Positions 26,101-39,078 of a stretch of 64,000 nt of DNA are shown here, one piece after another. Source of the stretch: Centroscyllium fabricii (Eukaryota); NCBI GenBank assembly GCA_051313645.2, contig JBNRSN020000014.1, forward strand, positions 8,370,001-8,434,000, written 5' to 3'. A program made the translations under genes and the position numbers. Under the pieces are notes generated by a model, which saw nothing but the letters and a program-made list of their open reading frames with translations, searched no databases and was not told where the DNA came from. Every line of letters begins with the position of its first letter. Position 1 is the stretch's first letter.

Positions 26101-27489
26101 TGTGGTGCTCCGATCCCCTCTCGGTGCTCCACCGAGTTAGAAACCCACTGCAACCATCACGGCGGCTGACCATATCGGCGACGCAGACCCCTAGGGCAGG
26201 TAATTGAAGACCAATACCTTCCAAGCCACCTCCTCGACAGGTTCAGCACCGTAGCACAGAGGCAGAGTGGGGATTTTCCATTCTCAGGCAGCACACCTGA
26301 ATGGCATCGACCTGATTACCAAACAGCCAGAGGAAGCATGGGGAATGCGAGCACAGGTGGACCACATTCCCTAGTTGACACTAATCACTCTGGCAGCCTT
26401 TATATACAGAGCACAAGGACAAAGAGAGGGAGAGTTTGTTGGACCTCGCTACAGAGAGGGTGCTGAACCTCTCCCCGGACCAGAGCCTCCTTTCCTACTC
26501 CTTGGGCGGTAAGCGGCCATTGTGCCAGAAACCAAGGATTTAAAGGGAATTCTTGAAATGAAGCTTGTGAATATTATAGAAGATTGGAATCTGTGAAATG
26601 CATAAAAGGCTAAAACCTATGAAGTGCATGTAAAGTTGGAGGTTGTTAAAGTCTCCGTCACCCCTCCAACTAGAGGGCGGCAGCTCTCACCTACAGGAAG
26701 AACCTGAGTTGCCTTTTCTCCCCAACCCCTTTCCTGCACCTTCTCAAAAATAAATCTTTTTTTTGTTGAATTTCGGACTCCGGCTGCTTGGTTTTGGGGT
26801 TTGCTTTGGCGACCACACCCTCGCATAGCTGGGGCAGTCTACAGTATGACAATGTGGAGAGGCAGGGAAGTAAAATAAATGAAAAATCACGAGTTGAGGG
26901 GAAGGGAGGGAACTTCCAATAAACAGGAATCCACTCCTGAATGAAGTTATATCGAGCCACAACTCTCCCGGCTTAGCTGTGATGTTGGGATAAGGCACCA
27001 AGTGGACGCCAAGCTCTGACCCAAGAGTGATCTCACAAACCGGGAAACTGCTCTTGTGCACCTCCTGGTGGCCAGTTTCAGGGCAGCATTGGCTCAGGAG
27101 CCCGCGCCCTGGCTGCTTGGCTGTGGAATCGTGTGTCAGCAGGAGATTTAAAGGAAGGGAGAGAAAATAAAACACAGTGAGACTTCTTTAATGGTGAGGG
27201 TGAGTGCTGGGTATCAAAATATATGCAGCTTTTGCATCTTGTGTCACCATCAAGCACTCACCGGCCAGGTAGAGCAGAGAGATGGGGGTGGGGTGGTCAG
27301 AAGCACTGACTGGACTCAGATGTATCTGATTGGTACAAAATACCGTTGACCTCCAACATGAGCTGGGCAGGTGAAGAGGCATTCAGCTCCGGATGTACAC
27401 AAGAGCATAAAACAAACAGCCAATCACGCATCATGTAAAGAGGGTCCAACCCCGGTGATGACAGCATGTAAAGCTTTGCTGTATCCTGC

Positions 27490-28030
27490 AGTGAACCTGA
27501 GTAGCACATGAGTCCCACCCAACCCGGATGAACAACATTGCTGGAAGGACGTCCACTAGATGTCCTAGTTGATACTGGTGCATCAGTAGATGTGATGGCC
27601 AAAAGCACTAGGGAGCGCCTGCCCAGTAAACCACCACTCAAACAGTTTGAACTTTTACATATGTCTATAGATTCAGTTTTTGAAAACTTTCAGTCTTATA
27701 ACATACGTCCTTTATGTAGCGACACAGGACAATGACCGTTTTCTTAGCTGCAGCAATGTAACTGCTCTCAATCTTATCAAGGTAGTCTGCAATGCATTCA
27801 TTCCCGTACAGTTTAACTTTCGAATAAATATCCTTCTGTTTTTCAAAGATTTGGTAAAGTGAAGAACTGGGATGTTAGGCGAAGGCACCGAATGAAGTTG
27901 CAGTTTGATAAAACAGTGCACCCCTCCGTGCAGTTCCACAGACGCATTCTGTACAAGTTGGTTCTAGAAGAACTGGCACTACTGGAAAAAAAACTCAACG
28001 TCGTCGAGAAAGTAGCCGACACTTCTGTGT
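27490..28030 (+). pseudogene. Highly degenerate Gypsy-type pol remnant (aspartic protease region)
   Basis: LDVLVDTGASVDVM protease motif, followed by PSVQFHRRILYKL...EELALLEK...VVEKV resembling the PR-RT junction; many disruptions. Confidence 0.55.
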
Positions 28031-28439
28031 CTCGGCTATTGAGTAGCACCGAAGCCCCAACTGGCGTGTTCTCGACAGATGCTGCCTGACATGCTGAATG
28101 TCTCCAGCATTTCCTGTTTCTCTTTCAGATGTTCAGCATCTGCGCTATTGAAGTTTGTTTGGATCTTACTTAAAGTTGTGATAGAAGTCTTCACGTTAGA
28201 TACCAATTAAGAAGTGATGAATGAGCAGTGTATTGCCATTGTCACTAAGAATATTTAAAACCCCCTCCCCTAGTTCAGTCATGTCTAGGTCCAATGAGAT
28301 AGTAAAGGGTCCAGCCCAAAAAAAGAGCCTCTGTGCAGTTTCTTCATGAATGTTTGACTATAAAATATGCACCATATGAGACATTACCCATGAAGGCATA
28401 AGCCAGCTGTTTGAGACCTGATCCCAACCTGCTTGTTGT

Positions 28440-28765
28440 GATTCAGTGGGCAAATGCCTGTTGTGGTCCTGAACCTGGAAACTCTCAGGTTCGATTTGTG
28501 GTCTGTGCCACAAGCTAGCTAATCGCGGCCAGGGTGCTGGTAAGGGCGTGCTACAATTTACCTCAGTCTCTCCTGGGCTAAGGAAGGAAAGAATTAGTCA
28601 GGCCTCTTGTTGCCGATCACGGTCCAGTGACTTGTGTATATTATGTGTGAGCAGCTGGTGAAGAGAAGGTGAAGCTCATCCTCGAGAGTCACCATAGTTG
28701 AATAGCCTCCACATTTCCTGTCTGTGCTCAAAACCGATAAATGGCTGCCTTGGCGAAGTTCCAGA
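28440..28765 (+). mobile_element. Old tRNA-derived SINE family member
   Basis: B-box-like caggttcgattt. Diverged relatives at about 11040-11870, 23540-23720, 24780-25060, 31910-32120 and 49590-49935 (-), and 21081-21225 and 56570-56720 (+). Confidence 0.55.
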
Positions 28766-28774
28766 GGGGAATCT

Positions 28775-29039
28775 AGGACAGAGATGAGGAGGAATTTCTT
28801 CATCCAGAGAGTGGTGAAACTGTGGAATTCTCTGCCACAGAGGGCGGTGGAGGCCAATTCATTAAATATATTCAAGAAGGAGTTGGATATATTCCTTAAG
28901 GCTAAAGGGATCAAGGGATATGGGGAGAAGGCAGGGACAGGGTACTGAGTTTGGATGATCAGCCATGATCGCATTGAATGGCGGAGCAGGCTCGAGAGGC
29001 CGAATGGCCGACTCCTGCTCCTATCTTCGATGTTTCTAT
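28775..29039 (+). mobile_element. CR1 LINE 3' fragment with possible 6-bp TSD
   Basis: RTEMRRNFF...GTGY* and tail; GAATCT at 28769-28774 and 29040-29045. Confidence 0.88.
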
Positions 29040-31114
29040 GAATCTGGGATCTTAGGAACAAGAGACAGCACCGAAAGGGCAGAGGATGAGGAAGGAAACC
29101 TACTTTTTCCTGGCAAATTAAAATCTAGTTATTAAGCCCCAGTGCCCTGGTCTACATATCGCACGTGGCAACTGCACCCATCGGGTGACTCGCTGTCAGG
29201 CTTCTGTCAATGGCACAGCGAGTCAGCGACTGGGAGCTACATGAGAATGGTGCGGGAATGATGTTCCCAGTAAGCATACTGCAGCCCCCACTTCCCTGTG
29301 CCTCTGTTTGGCGGCTCCCGCAGAAGCACAGATTCACTGGGGTGGAGGGGAGATTGATGTGTCCACCACTCCATGGTGCCATGCATTGGTACCCGTATAC
29401 AACGCACCACCTAGACCTTTATTCATACTTAAATATTGTAACTACTGTAAGATTTTTTTTAAGCACAGATTGTTGATCAGCGTTAAGACAAATGACTAAA
29501 ATCTTTCAAGGGTCCAAATTAGTTGGCTGTGTTATTGTACGCTTATATCCAATTCTTCTCTCCGCTCTTTTAACGGCGGTGTTAGGCTGTTTAACATCTG
29601 GAGAGAATAGTTGGATATGAGCACATTTAGCACTCATCCAATAACATTGCTGCCCTTTGTTGATACTAATTGTGCCATAGACTTCCTTGATGTTCCGGGG
29701 AAAGTCCTATTTCCTGGGCTGACCGGTTTTGTTTGTTTGTAGATCTTGCATTGTGAAATGAGAAGCTTGAATTTATATCGTGCTTTGTCACAACAGAAAC
29801 ATTTCAAAGTGTTGGGCATACAATGATTTACTATGAAGTGCAGTGACTGTTTTGTGAGGCTGAAAGAAACACTAATATTACAGTTATAAAACTACTCAAA
29901 GATCAAAAGTAGCTATCAACTCTCTCATCTGAAGCGAGACTCTTGTTTTAACTTAAAGGTCATTGCGTATTAATTCTAAAGTACCAAATAAAACACAGTT
30001 TTACATGAAAAATATTTCAGCGATTCATATGCGCTCTGTCATCCATTTTCCTCCTAATCTCCTCCTCCCTATTTTCTGTCCTTTTTAAAATAAAAATTAA
30101 TACTCTTTTTTCTGAAATAATTCATGCTCTTTTACCAATTTAACCTTTTCCCCATCTTTCACTATTGTTTCTTTTACCTTGTCTGTTTTGGAGGTGGTAC
30201 AAAGTACAAAAACTGCCCTGATTGGCTAAAAAAACACAATGCTGAAGGCCGAACTATCCATCAATCAATTGGCAAAGGCCTGAAGATTGACAGGGTTGGT
30301 TCACAGATACCCTGTCAAATCCATATTGAAATGAGAGAGAGGGCTGCAGATGTCCATAACTGTTGGGGGCCCCTGCACAACAATAGCCCCCAAATGGGTG
30401 AACTTGTGGAGCTTGTCGGGTTTAAAGTTAAAAAGTTTTGAAATAAAATCCAAATAATCATTACATCATGCTTCGGTGAACTATTTTCTTCTCCTTACGG
30501 GACACTCTTATTGAGTAAGGGGAGGGAGCGAAGTGCAGCTGAAGAGACCACTTGCTGTGAAGTGCAAGGGTTTATATGAAGCATCTGTTTTCCAACGCAT
30601 TTAACCTGTATGGCCTAACAGCTTTTCAGAAAAGCAGAAGGCAGGAGGGAGACAGCATTCACAGTATAACTTATTGGATCTCAGTAAAACAGGTAATGAA
30701 TAACCATATATTGCAGCTATTTAATTGCAATCCTTGGAGCACAATGAACTCAAAAGAGAGCCACCTTCTTAACAAGAGGTCTGCAAAAGAATTGCCTGAA
30801 ACACGCTCCTGAAGTTCTCAGATTCCCATTCAGATTCTCAGTAGACCAACTCCTACTTAAAGTGACTTGCTTCTTCCAATTAGCTCCTAGACAGGATTCT
30901 TCACCACTATACGTAACTCCTCTAGAACAGACCCTGGGATATGTGACCATCCGTACAACCATCTTGCTCCATAATTGGCTAATAGCAGCTATGATTCAAG
31001 TTGGTGGGGAGGGGGAATAGCGGGGGAAAAGTTAGCATGGACATGGTCAATGCTTCTTCCTTCTGGCGATGGAAGACCACTGCTCGAGGGCTACATTCTC
31101 TGAGCACAGATGAT

Positions 31115-31890
31115 GGGGGTGATTTTCATTGACCTGTGGAGGCGTGCGGGAAGTAAAAGTCCCGAATTCAGGGATCCCGACACCATCCCACACCCAACCC
31201 ACCTCCCCGCCCCGCACTGGGACCCGCCTACCCAAGGCAGTAAGAGATTAGTGCCAATTAACTGCCTGTTAACAGGTAGTTTTTAGCCTAATCCCTATTT
31301 TAAACGTTGAAGTGTGAGTTTCCCGACGGCTCCAAACCACGCCAAGTTATAGGAGTCAGGTTGAAGGACTTGGAGGGGTCGAGATGTCGGTGTTCAGGTG
31401 AGTGGTGTGTATGAGTGCTAAATTAAGTGTGTTTGGTGTGTCTAAAGTGATTAAATAAGTTTAACATACCTTTTCTTACCTTTCCAGCCTTCCTTCCTTT
31501 AGGCTTCGGGAATCCCTCATCTCACCGGCACAGAAAGCAGAATGGCTGCGAAAGTGACAACCTGCAGCTTTCTGTGCCGGTGAGATTTCTAACTGAGTCT
31601 GTGGAGAAGGACTCGGGTTAGAAGTAAGACCGTCAGTGCTTGACAGCTTCAAACAGCTGTGAAACACTGATATTTCATCTGTCAAGATGTCTTGACAGAT
31701 GAAATTTCAGTCTGTGACGTCACCTGTTGCTGGGTGGCCCTTAATTGGCCTGCTGTGCCCACTGGGCGGACTCAACAGAGTCAATCAAGTTAAAATCACG
31801 TGGATTGGCCATATCTCGATGGAGGCGGGACTACAAGCCCGAAAGTTGTAGTCCCGCCTCCTTCCTGACTTCTCAATGAAAATCACCCCC
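31115..31890. mobile_element. Harbinger-type non-autonomous DNA transposon (MITE)
   Basis: Perfect 18-bp TIRs GGGGGTGATTTTCATTGA / TCAATGAAAATCACCCCC and a 3-bp TSD GAT on both sides. Confidence 0.85.
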
Positions 31891-32836
31891 GATGTGTCAG
31901 CAGATCATTTGGCCATGAGAACATCAGAACCGCGCCACATCATATCCTCATCTGATGACTACGCATGCAGTGATCAAATTCCAACAGATAATCATCAGGA
32001 GTGGGAACCTGGGCTGATTTTCTCTTTAGGCCAGTTGACTGGGGCCAAATGTAAAGCCCCTACTGCCAACCTGGGTGAGGTCAGCTAACTCATCACAGAC
32101 TGATCAAACATGGGACCAGCCAGAGAAATCTTCAAGTGACGTGCTCTGACACACGATGGATGGACGCTTATCAGAAAAGTCTTACCCTTAATTATTTTCT
32201 GTTTTGGGAGCTTTTTAAAAATCATTTTGCTGTCCCCTGTTCCTTGCCCGACTCCACTAGCTGGTTTAAGGACAATTGCTGCATGGATGCATGTATCTGT
32301 TTATCACGTTACAATGATTACAAGTCAGTCAATTACACTCGTAATCGGTTTAGATAGCAACTACATCCTTTTAAATACCAGCCCCACTAATTGGTAAGTG
32401 AGGTATGGCCCACTTCTCATGTTGAGAATAAATCAGTAATTTGGAATCCCTCGGATTTAATAATCATTTACCATTTCCTTACCTAAAAAAAAGATATTTA
32501 ACATTTAATAGGAATTAAATAGGATGGAAGTGTACTACGAATCTACATAACAATCCCTAGTGTTTCGTTAAATATAGCTGCATGATTTAACAGTACAGGG
32601 CTGCAGTTGTCGGTGATTGAAATGTTTTGAGCTGAGAATTGGGCAGAGGGTCACCTGCTGTCAAACCCACTGGAAGAAAATCCATGAATAAGATAAGTTC
32701 GGTAGGTCAGACTGGGGTTGCAGTAGGTTTGGTTGGCGTTATTTAATTATAGTCGGTACGGCTAATGTTATTAATCAAAGTAGCTGAAGCTGGGTTATTA
32801 ATTACAATGGAAGTAAGGTTATTGGCTACAATAGGT

Positions 32837-35800
32837 TTGGGCGGGGCTGTAATTACGGTAGATTAGGTGGGGCTGTAATTATAGTAGATTGGGTGGGGCT
32901 GTAATTACAGTAGATTGGGTGGAGCTGTAACTCCGGTAGATTGGGCGGAGCTGTAACTCCGGTAGATTGGGCAGGGCTGTAATTACAGTAGATTGGACGG
33001 GGCTGTAATTACAGTAGATTGGGTGGGGCTGTAATTACGGTAGATTGGGTGGGGCTGTAATCATGGTAGATTGGACGGGGCTGTAATTACAGTAGATTGG
33101 GCGGGGCTGTAATTACAGTAGATTGGGCGGAGCTGTAATTACGGTAGATTGGGCGGGGCTGTAATTACAGTAGATTGGACGGGGCTGTAATTACAGTAGA
33201 TTGGACGGGGCTGTAATTACAGTAGATTGGACGGGGCTGTAATTACGGTAGATTGGGCGGAGCTGTAATTACAGTAGATTGGGTGGGGCTGTAATTACGG
33301 TAGATTGGGCGGGGCTGTAATTACAGTAGATTGGGCGGAGCTGTAACTCCAGTAGATTGGGCGGGGCTGTAATTACGGTAGATTGGGCGGAGCTGTAATT
33401 ACAGTAGATGGGGCTGTAATTACGGTAGATTGGACGGGGCTGTAATTACAGTAGATTGGGTGGGGCTGTAATTACAGTAGATTGGACGGGGCTGTAATTA
33501 CAGTAGATTGGACGGGGCTGTAATTACAGTAGATTGGACGGGGCTGTAATTACGGTAGATTGGACGAGGCTGTAATTACGGTAGATTGGGCGGAGCTGTA
33601 ATTACAGTAGATTGGGTGGGGCTGTAATTACAGTAGATTGGGTGGGGCTGTAATTACAGTAGATTGGGTGGGGCTGTAATTACGGTAGATTGGGTGGGGC
33701 TGTAATTATGGTAGATTGGGTGGGGCTGTAATTACAGTAGATTGGACGGGGCTGTAATTACAGTAGATTGGACGGGGCTGTAATTACAGTAGATTGGACG
33801 GGGCTGTAATTACGGTAGATTGGGCGGAGCTGTAATTACAGTAGATTGGACGGGGCTGTAATTACAGTAGATTGGACGGGGCTGTAATTACAGTAGATTG
33901 GACGGGGCTGTAATTACGGTAGATTGGGCAGGGCTGTAATTACAGTAGATTGGGTGGGGCTGTAATTACGGTAGATTGGGCGGGGCTGTAATTACGGTAG
34001 ATTGGGTGGGGCTGTAATTACAGTAGATTGGACGGGGCTGTAATTACAGTAGATTGGACGGGGCTGTAATTACAGTAGATTGGACGGGGCTGTAATTACG
34101 GTAGATTGGGTGGGGCTGTAATTACAGTAGATTGGGTGGAGCTGTAACTCCGGTAGATTGGGTGGGGCTGTAATTACAGTAGATTGGACGGGGCTGTAAT
34201 TACAGTAGATTGGGTGGGGCTGTAATTATAGTAGATTGGGTGGGGCTGTAATTATAGTAGATTGGGCGGGGCTGTAATTACGGTAGATTGGGTGGAGCTG
34301 TAATTACGGTAGATTTGGCGCAATAGTAATTACGGTAGATTGGGCGGGGCTGTAACTCCGGTAGATTGGGCGGGGCTGTAATTACGGTAGATTGGGCGGG
34401 GCTGTAATTACAGTAGATTGGACGGGGCTGTAATTACAGTAGATTGGACAGGGCTGTAATTACAGTAGATTGGATAGGGCTGTAATTACGGTAGATTGGG
34501 TGGAGCTGTAACTCCAGTAGATTGGACGGGGCTGTAATTACGGTAGATTGGGCGGGGCTGTAATTACAGTAGATTGGACGGGGCTGTAATTACGGTAGAT
34601 TGGACGGGGCTGTAATTACAGTAGATTGGGTGGGGCTGTAATTACGGTAGATTGGGCGGAGCTGTAATTACAGTAGATTGGGTGGGGCTGTAATTACAGT
34701 AGATTGGACGGGGCTGTAATTACAGTAGATTGGGTGGGGCTGTAATTACAGTAGATTGGACGGGGCTGTAATTACATTAGATTGGACGGGGCTGTAATTA
34801 CAGTAGATTGGGTGGGGCTGTAATTACAGTAGATTGGACGGGGCTGTAATTACAGTAGATTGGGTGGGGCTGTAATTACAGTAGATTGGACGGGGCTGTA
34901 ATTACGGTAGATTGGGCAGGGCTGTAATTACAGTAGATTGGATGGGGCTGTAACTCCGGTAGATTGGGTGGGGCGGTAATTACAGTAGATTGGGTGGAGC
35001 TGTAACTCCGGTATGTTAGGCGGGGCTGTAATTACAGTAGATTGGGCAGGGCTGTAATTACAGTAGATTGGGCGGGGCTGTAATTACGGTAGATTGGGCA
35101 GGGCTGTAATTACAGTAGATTGGGCGGGGCTGTAATTACGGTAGATTGGGTGGGGCTGTAATTACAGTAGATTGGACGGGGCTGTAATTACGGTAGATTG
35201 GGCAGGGCTGTAATTACAGTAGATTGGATGGGGCTGTAACTCCGGTAGATTGGGTGGGGCGGTAATTACAGTAGATTGGGTGGAGCTGTAACTCCGGTAT
35301 GTTAGGCGGGGCTGTAATTACAGTAGATTGGGCAGGGCTGTAATTACAGTAGATTGGGCGGGGCTGTAATTACGGTAGATTGGGCAGGGCTGTAATTACA
35401 GTAGATTGGGTGGGGCTGTAATTACGGTAGATTGGGCAGGGCTGTAATTACAGTAGATTGGACGGGGCTGTAATTACGGTAGATTGGGCAGGGCTGTAAT
35501 TACAGTAGATTGGGCGGAGCTGTAACTCCGGTAGATTGGGTGGGGCTGTAATTACAGTAGATTGGACGGGGCTGTAATTACAGTAGATTGGGTGGGGCTG
35601 TAATTACGGTAGATTGGGTGGGGCTGTAATTACGGTAGATTGGGTGGGGCTGTAATTACAGTAGATTGGACGGGGCTGTAATTACAGTAGATTGGACGGG
35701 GCTGTAATTACAGTAGATTGGACGGGGCTGTAATTACGGTAGATTGGGCGGAGCTGTAATTACAGTAGATTGGGTGGGGCTGTAATTACAGTAGATTGGG

Positions 35801-38575
35801 TGGGGCTGTAATTACAGTAGATTGGACGGGGCTGTAATTACAGTAGATTGGGTGGGGCTGTAATTACGGTAGATTGGGTGGGGCTGTAATTACGGTAGAT
35901 TGGGTGGGGCTGTAATTACAGTAGATTGGATGGGGCTGTAATTACAGTAGATTGGACGGGGCTGTAATTACAGTAGATTGGACGGGGCTGTAATTACGGT
36001 AGATTGGGTGGGGCTGTAATTACAGTAGATTGGGTGGAGCTGTAACTCCGGTAGATTGGGTGGGGCTGTAATTACAGTAGATTGGACGGGGCTGTAATTA
36101 CAGTAGATTGGGTGGGGCTGTAATTACAGTAGATTGGGTGGGGCTGTAATTACGGTAGATTGGGTGGAGCTGTAATTACGGTAGATTTGGCGCAACAGTA
36201 ATTACGGTAGATTGGGCGGGGCTGTAACTCCGGTAGATTGGGCGGGGCTGTAATTACGGTAGATTGGGCGGGGCTGTAATTACAGTAGATTGGACGGGGC
36301 TGTAATTACAGTAGATTGGACAGGGCTGTAATTACAGTAGATTGGATAGGGCTGTAATTACGGTAGATTGGATAGGGCTGTAATTACGGTAGATTGGGTG
36401 GAGCTGTAACTCCAGTAGATTGGACGGGGCTGTAATTACGGTAGATTGGGCGGGGCTGTAATTACAGTAGATTGGACGGGGCTGTAATTACGGTAGATTG
36501 GACGGGGCTGTAATTACAGTAGTTTGGGTGGGGCTGTAATTACGGTAGATTGGGTGGGGCTGTAATTACAGTAGATTGGGTGGGGCTGTAATTACAGTAG
36601 ATTGGGTGGGGCTGTAATTACAGTAGATTGGACGGGGCTGTAATTACGGTAGATTGGGCAGGGCTGTAATTACAGTAGATTGGATGGGGCTGTAACTCCG
36701 GTAGATTGGGTGGGGCGGTAATTACAGTAGATTGGGTGGAGCTGTAACTCCGGTATGTTAGGCGGGGCTGTAATTACAGTAGATTGGGCAGGGCTGTAAT
36801 TACAGTAGATTGGGCGGGGCTGTAATTACGGTAGATTGGGCAGGGCTGTAATTACAGTAGATTGGATGGGGCTGTAACTCCGGTAGATTGGGTGGGGCGG
36901 TAATTACAGTAGATTGGGTGGAGCTGTAATTACAGTAGATTGGGCGGGGCTGTAATTACAGTAGATTGGGCGGGGCTGTAATTACAGTAGATTGGGCAGG
37001 GCTGTAATTACAGTAGATTGGGCGGGGCTGTAATTACGGTAGATTGGGCAGGGCTGTAATTACAGTAGATTGGACGGGGCTGTAATTACGGTAGATTGGA
37101 CGGGGCTGTAATTACAGTAGATTGGGCAGGGCTGTAATTACAGTAGATTGGGCGGAGCTGTAACTCCGGTAGATTGGGTGGGGCGGTAATTACAGTAGAT
37201 TGGACGGGGCTGTAATTACGGTAGATTGGGTGGGGCTGTAATTACGGTAGATTGGGTGGAGCTGTAATTACAGTAGATTGGACGGGGCTGTAATTACGGT
37301 TGATTGGACGGGGCTGTAATTACGGTAGATTGGGTGGGGCTGTAATTACGGTAGATTGGGTGGGGCTGTAATTACGGTAGATTGGGTGGGGCTGTAATTA
37401 CGGTAGATTGGGTGGGGCTGTAATTACGGTAGATTGGGTGGGGCTGTAATTACGGTAGATTGGGTGGGGCTGTAATTACGGTAGATTGGGCGGGGCTGTA
37501 ATTACGGCAGATTGGACGGGGCTGTAATTACAGTAGATTGGGTGGGGCTGTAATTACGGTAGATTCGGTGGGGCTGTAATTACGGTAGATTGGTCGGGGC
37601 TGTAATTACGGTAGATTGGGTGGGGCTGTAATTACAGTAGATTGGGTGGGGCTGTAATTACAGTAGATTGGGTGGGGCTGTAATTACAGTAGATTGGGTG
37701 GGGCTGTAACTACAGTAGATTGGACGGGGCTGTAATTACAGTAGATTGGACAGGGCTGTAATTACAGTAGATTGGACAGGGTTGTAATTACAGTAGATTG
37801 GGCGGGGCTGTAATTACGGTAGATGGGGCGGGGCTGTAATTACGGTAGATTGCGCGGGGCTGTAATTACAGTAGATTGGGTGGGGCTGTAATTACAGTAG
37901 ATTGGGTGGGGCTGTAATTACAGTAGATTGGGCGGGGCTGTAATTATAGTAGATTGGGTGGGGCTGTAATTATAGTTGATTGGGTGGTGCTGTAATTATA
38001 GTTGATTGGGTGGTGCTGTAATTACGGTAGATTGGACGGGGCTGTAATTACGGTAGATTGGACGGGGCTGTAATTACGGTAGATTGGACGGGGCTGTAAT
38101 TACGGTAGATTGGACGGGGCTGTAATTACGGTAGATTGGGCGGGGCTGTAATTATAGTAGATTGGGTGGGGCTGTAATTACGGTAGATTGGGTGGGGCTG
38201 TAATTATGGTAGATTGGGTGGGGCTGTAATTACGGTAGATTGGGTGGGGCTTTAATTACAGTAGATTGGACAGGGCTGTAATTACGGTAGATTGGGTGGG
38301 GCTGTAATTACAGTAGATTGGACAGGGCTATAAATATGGTAGATTGGGCGGATCTGTAATTACAGTAGATTGGGCGGATCTGTAATTACAGTAGATTGGG
38401 CGGATCTGTAATTACAGTAGATTGGGCGGGGCTGTAATTACAGTAGATTGGATGGGGCTGTAATTACAGTAGATTGGACGGGGCTGTAATTACAGTAGAT
38501 TGGATGGGGCTGTAATTATGGTAGATTGGGCGGGGCTATAAATATGGTAGATTGGGCGGATCTGTAATTACTCTA
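32837..38575. repeat. Tandem array of a 26-bp unit (about 220 copies)
   Basis: Consensus GTAGATTGGRYGGGGCTGTAATTACR; rare variants recur at exact multiples of 26 bp; edges are degenerate. Confidence 0.98.
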
Positions 38576-38828
38576 GACTGTGTGGGGTTTGTTATTTGAG
38601 TGGATATTTAATTAGAATTGTTGGGGCTGGGCTTGTTAACCACAGTAGGTGAGATTTAGATTGTTAGTGGTGATATCATGTTCCAGAAGTGTTGGATTTA
38701 AATTGTCTAGCAGGTTTCTCAAGTTGCCCTCAGAGCACCCAATTCCTTCCTGGCCTAACTTCCCTGTAGGATATATGATTATCTATCATTTGTTCTACAT
38801 CCAAGGTCTGTGAACCTTGCAGACCCAC

Positions 38829-39064
38829 CTGTCTATGGGGGACACACTCGCGGCCTGCACTTGGAGATCGGGACCATCGCCTGTCCCTCGATCGAGGTCT
38901 GCTGTACTCATGCCGTTCCTGGGAGTAGCGCTCCTTGTCGGATGATGTGTGGTGGTGGTGGTGATGGTGATGTTTCCTATCCTTGGGTCTGCCTCGTTCT
39001 CGATCCTTCTCTTTTGGGGGGAGGTCGCCTGACTGTGTTGTGGTACTGAGGTCTGTTCCAAGCC
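38829..39064 (-). CDS. CACNA1A: CACNA1A exon 46 equivalent (poly-His exon)
   Basis: Acceptor gatatag|GG and donor CAG|gtgggt; 236 nt, phase 1 to 0. Reads (G)[46 protein letters not shown]...[17 protein letters not shown], closely resembling human Cav2.1. Confidence 0.96.
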
Positions 39065-39078
39065 CTATATCAATGAAA

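Noticed and set aside
32837-38575. Possible CRISPR-like array
   Set aside because: Units are head-to-tail with no unique spacers, there are no cas genes, and the context is a vertebrate intron.
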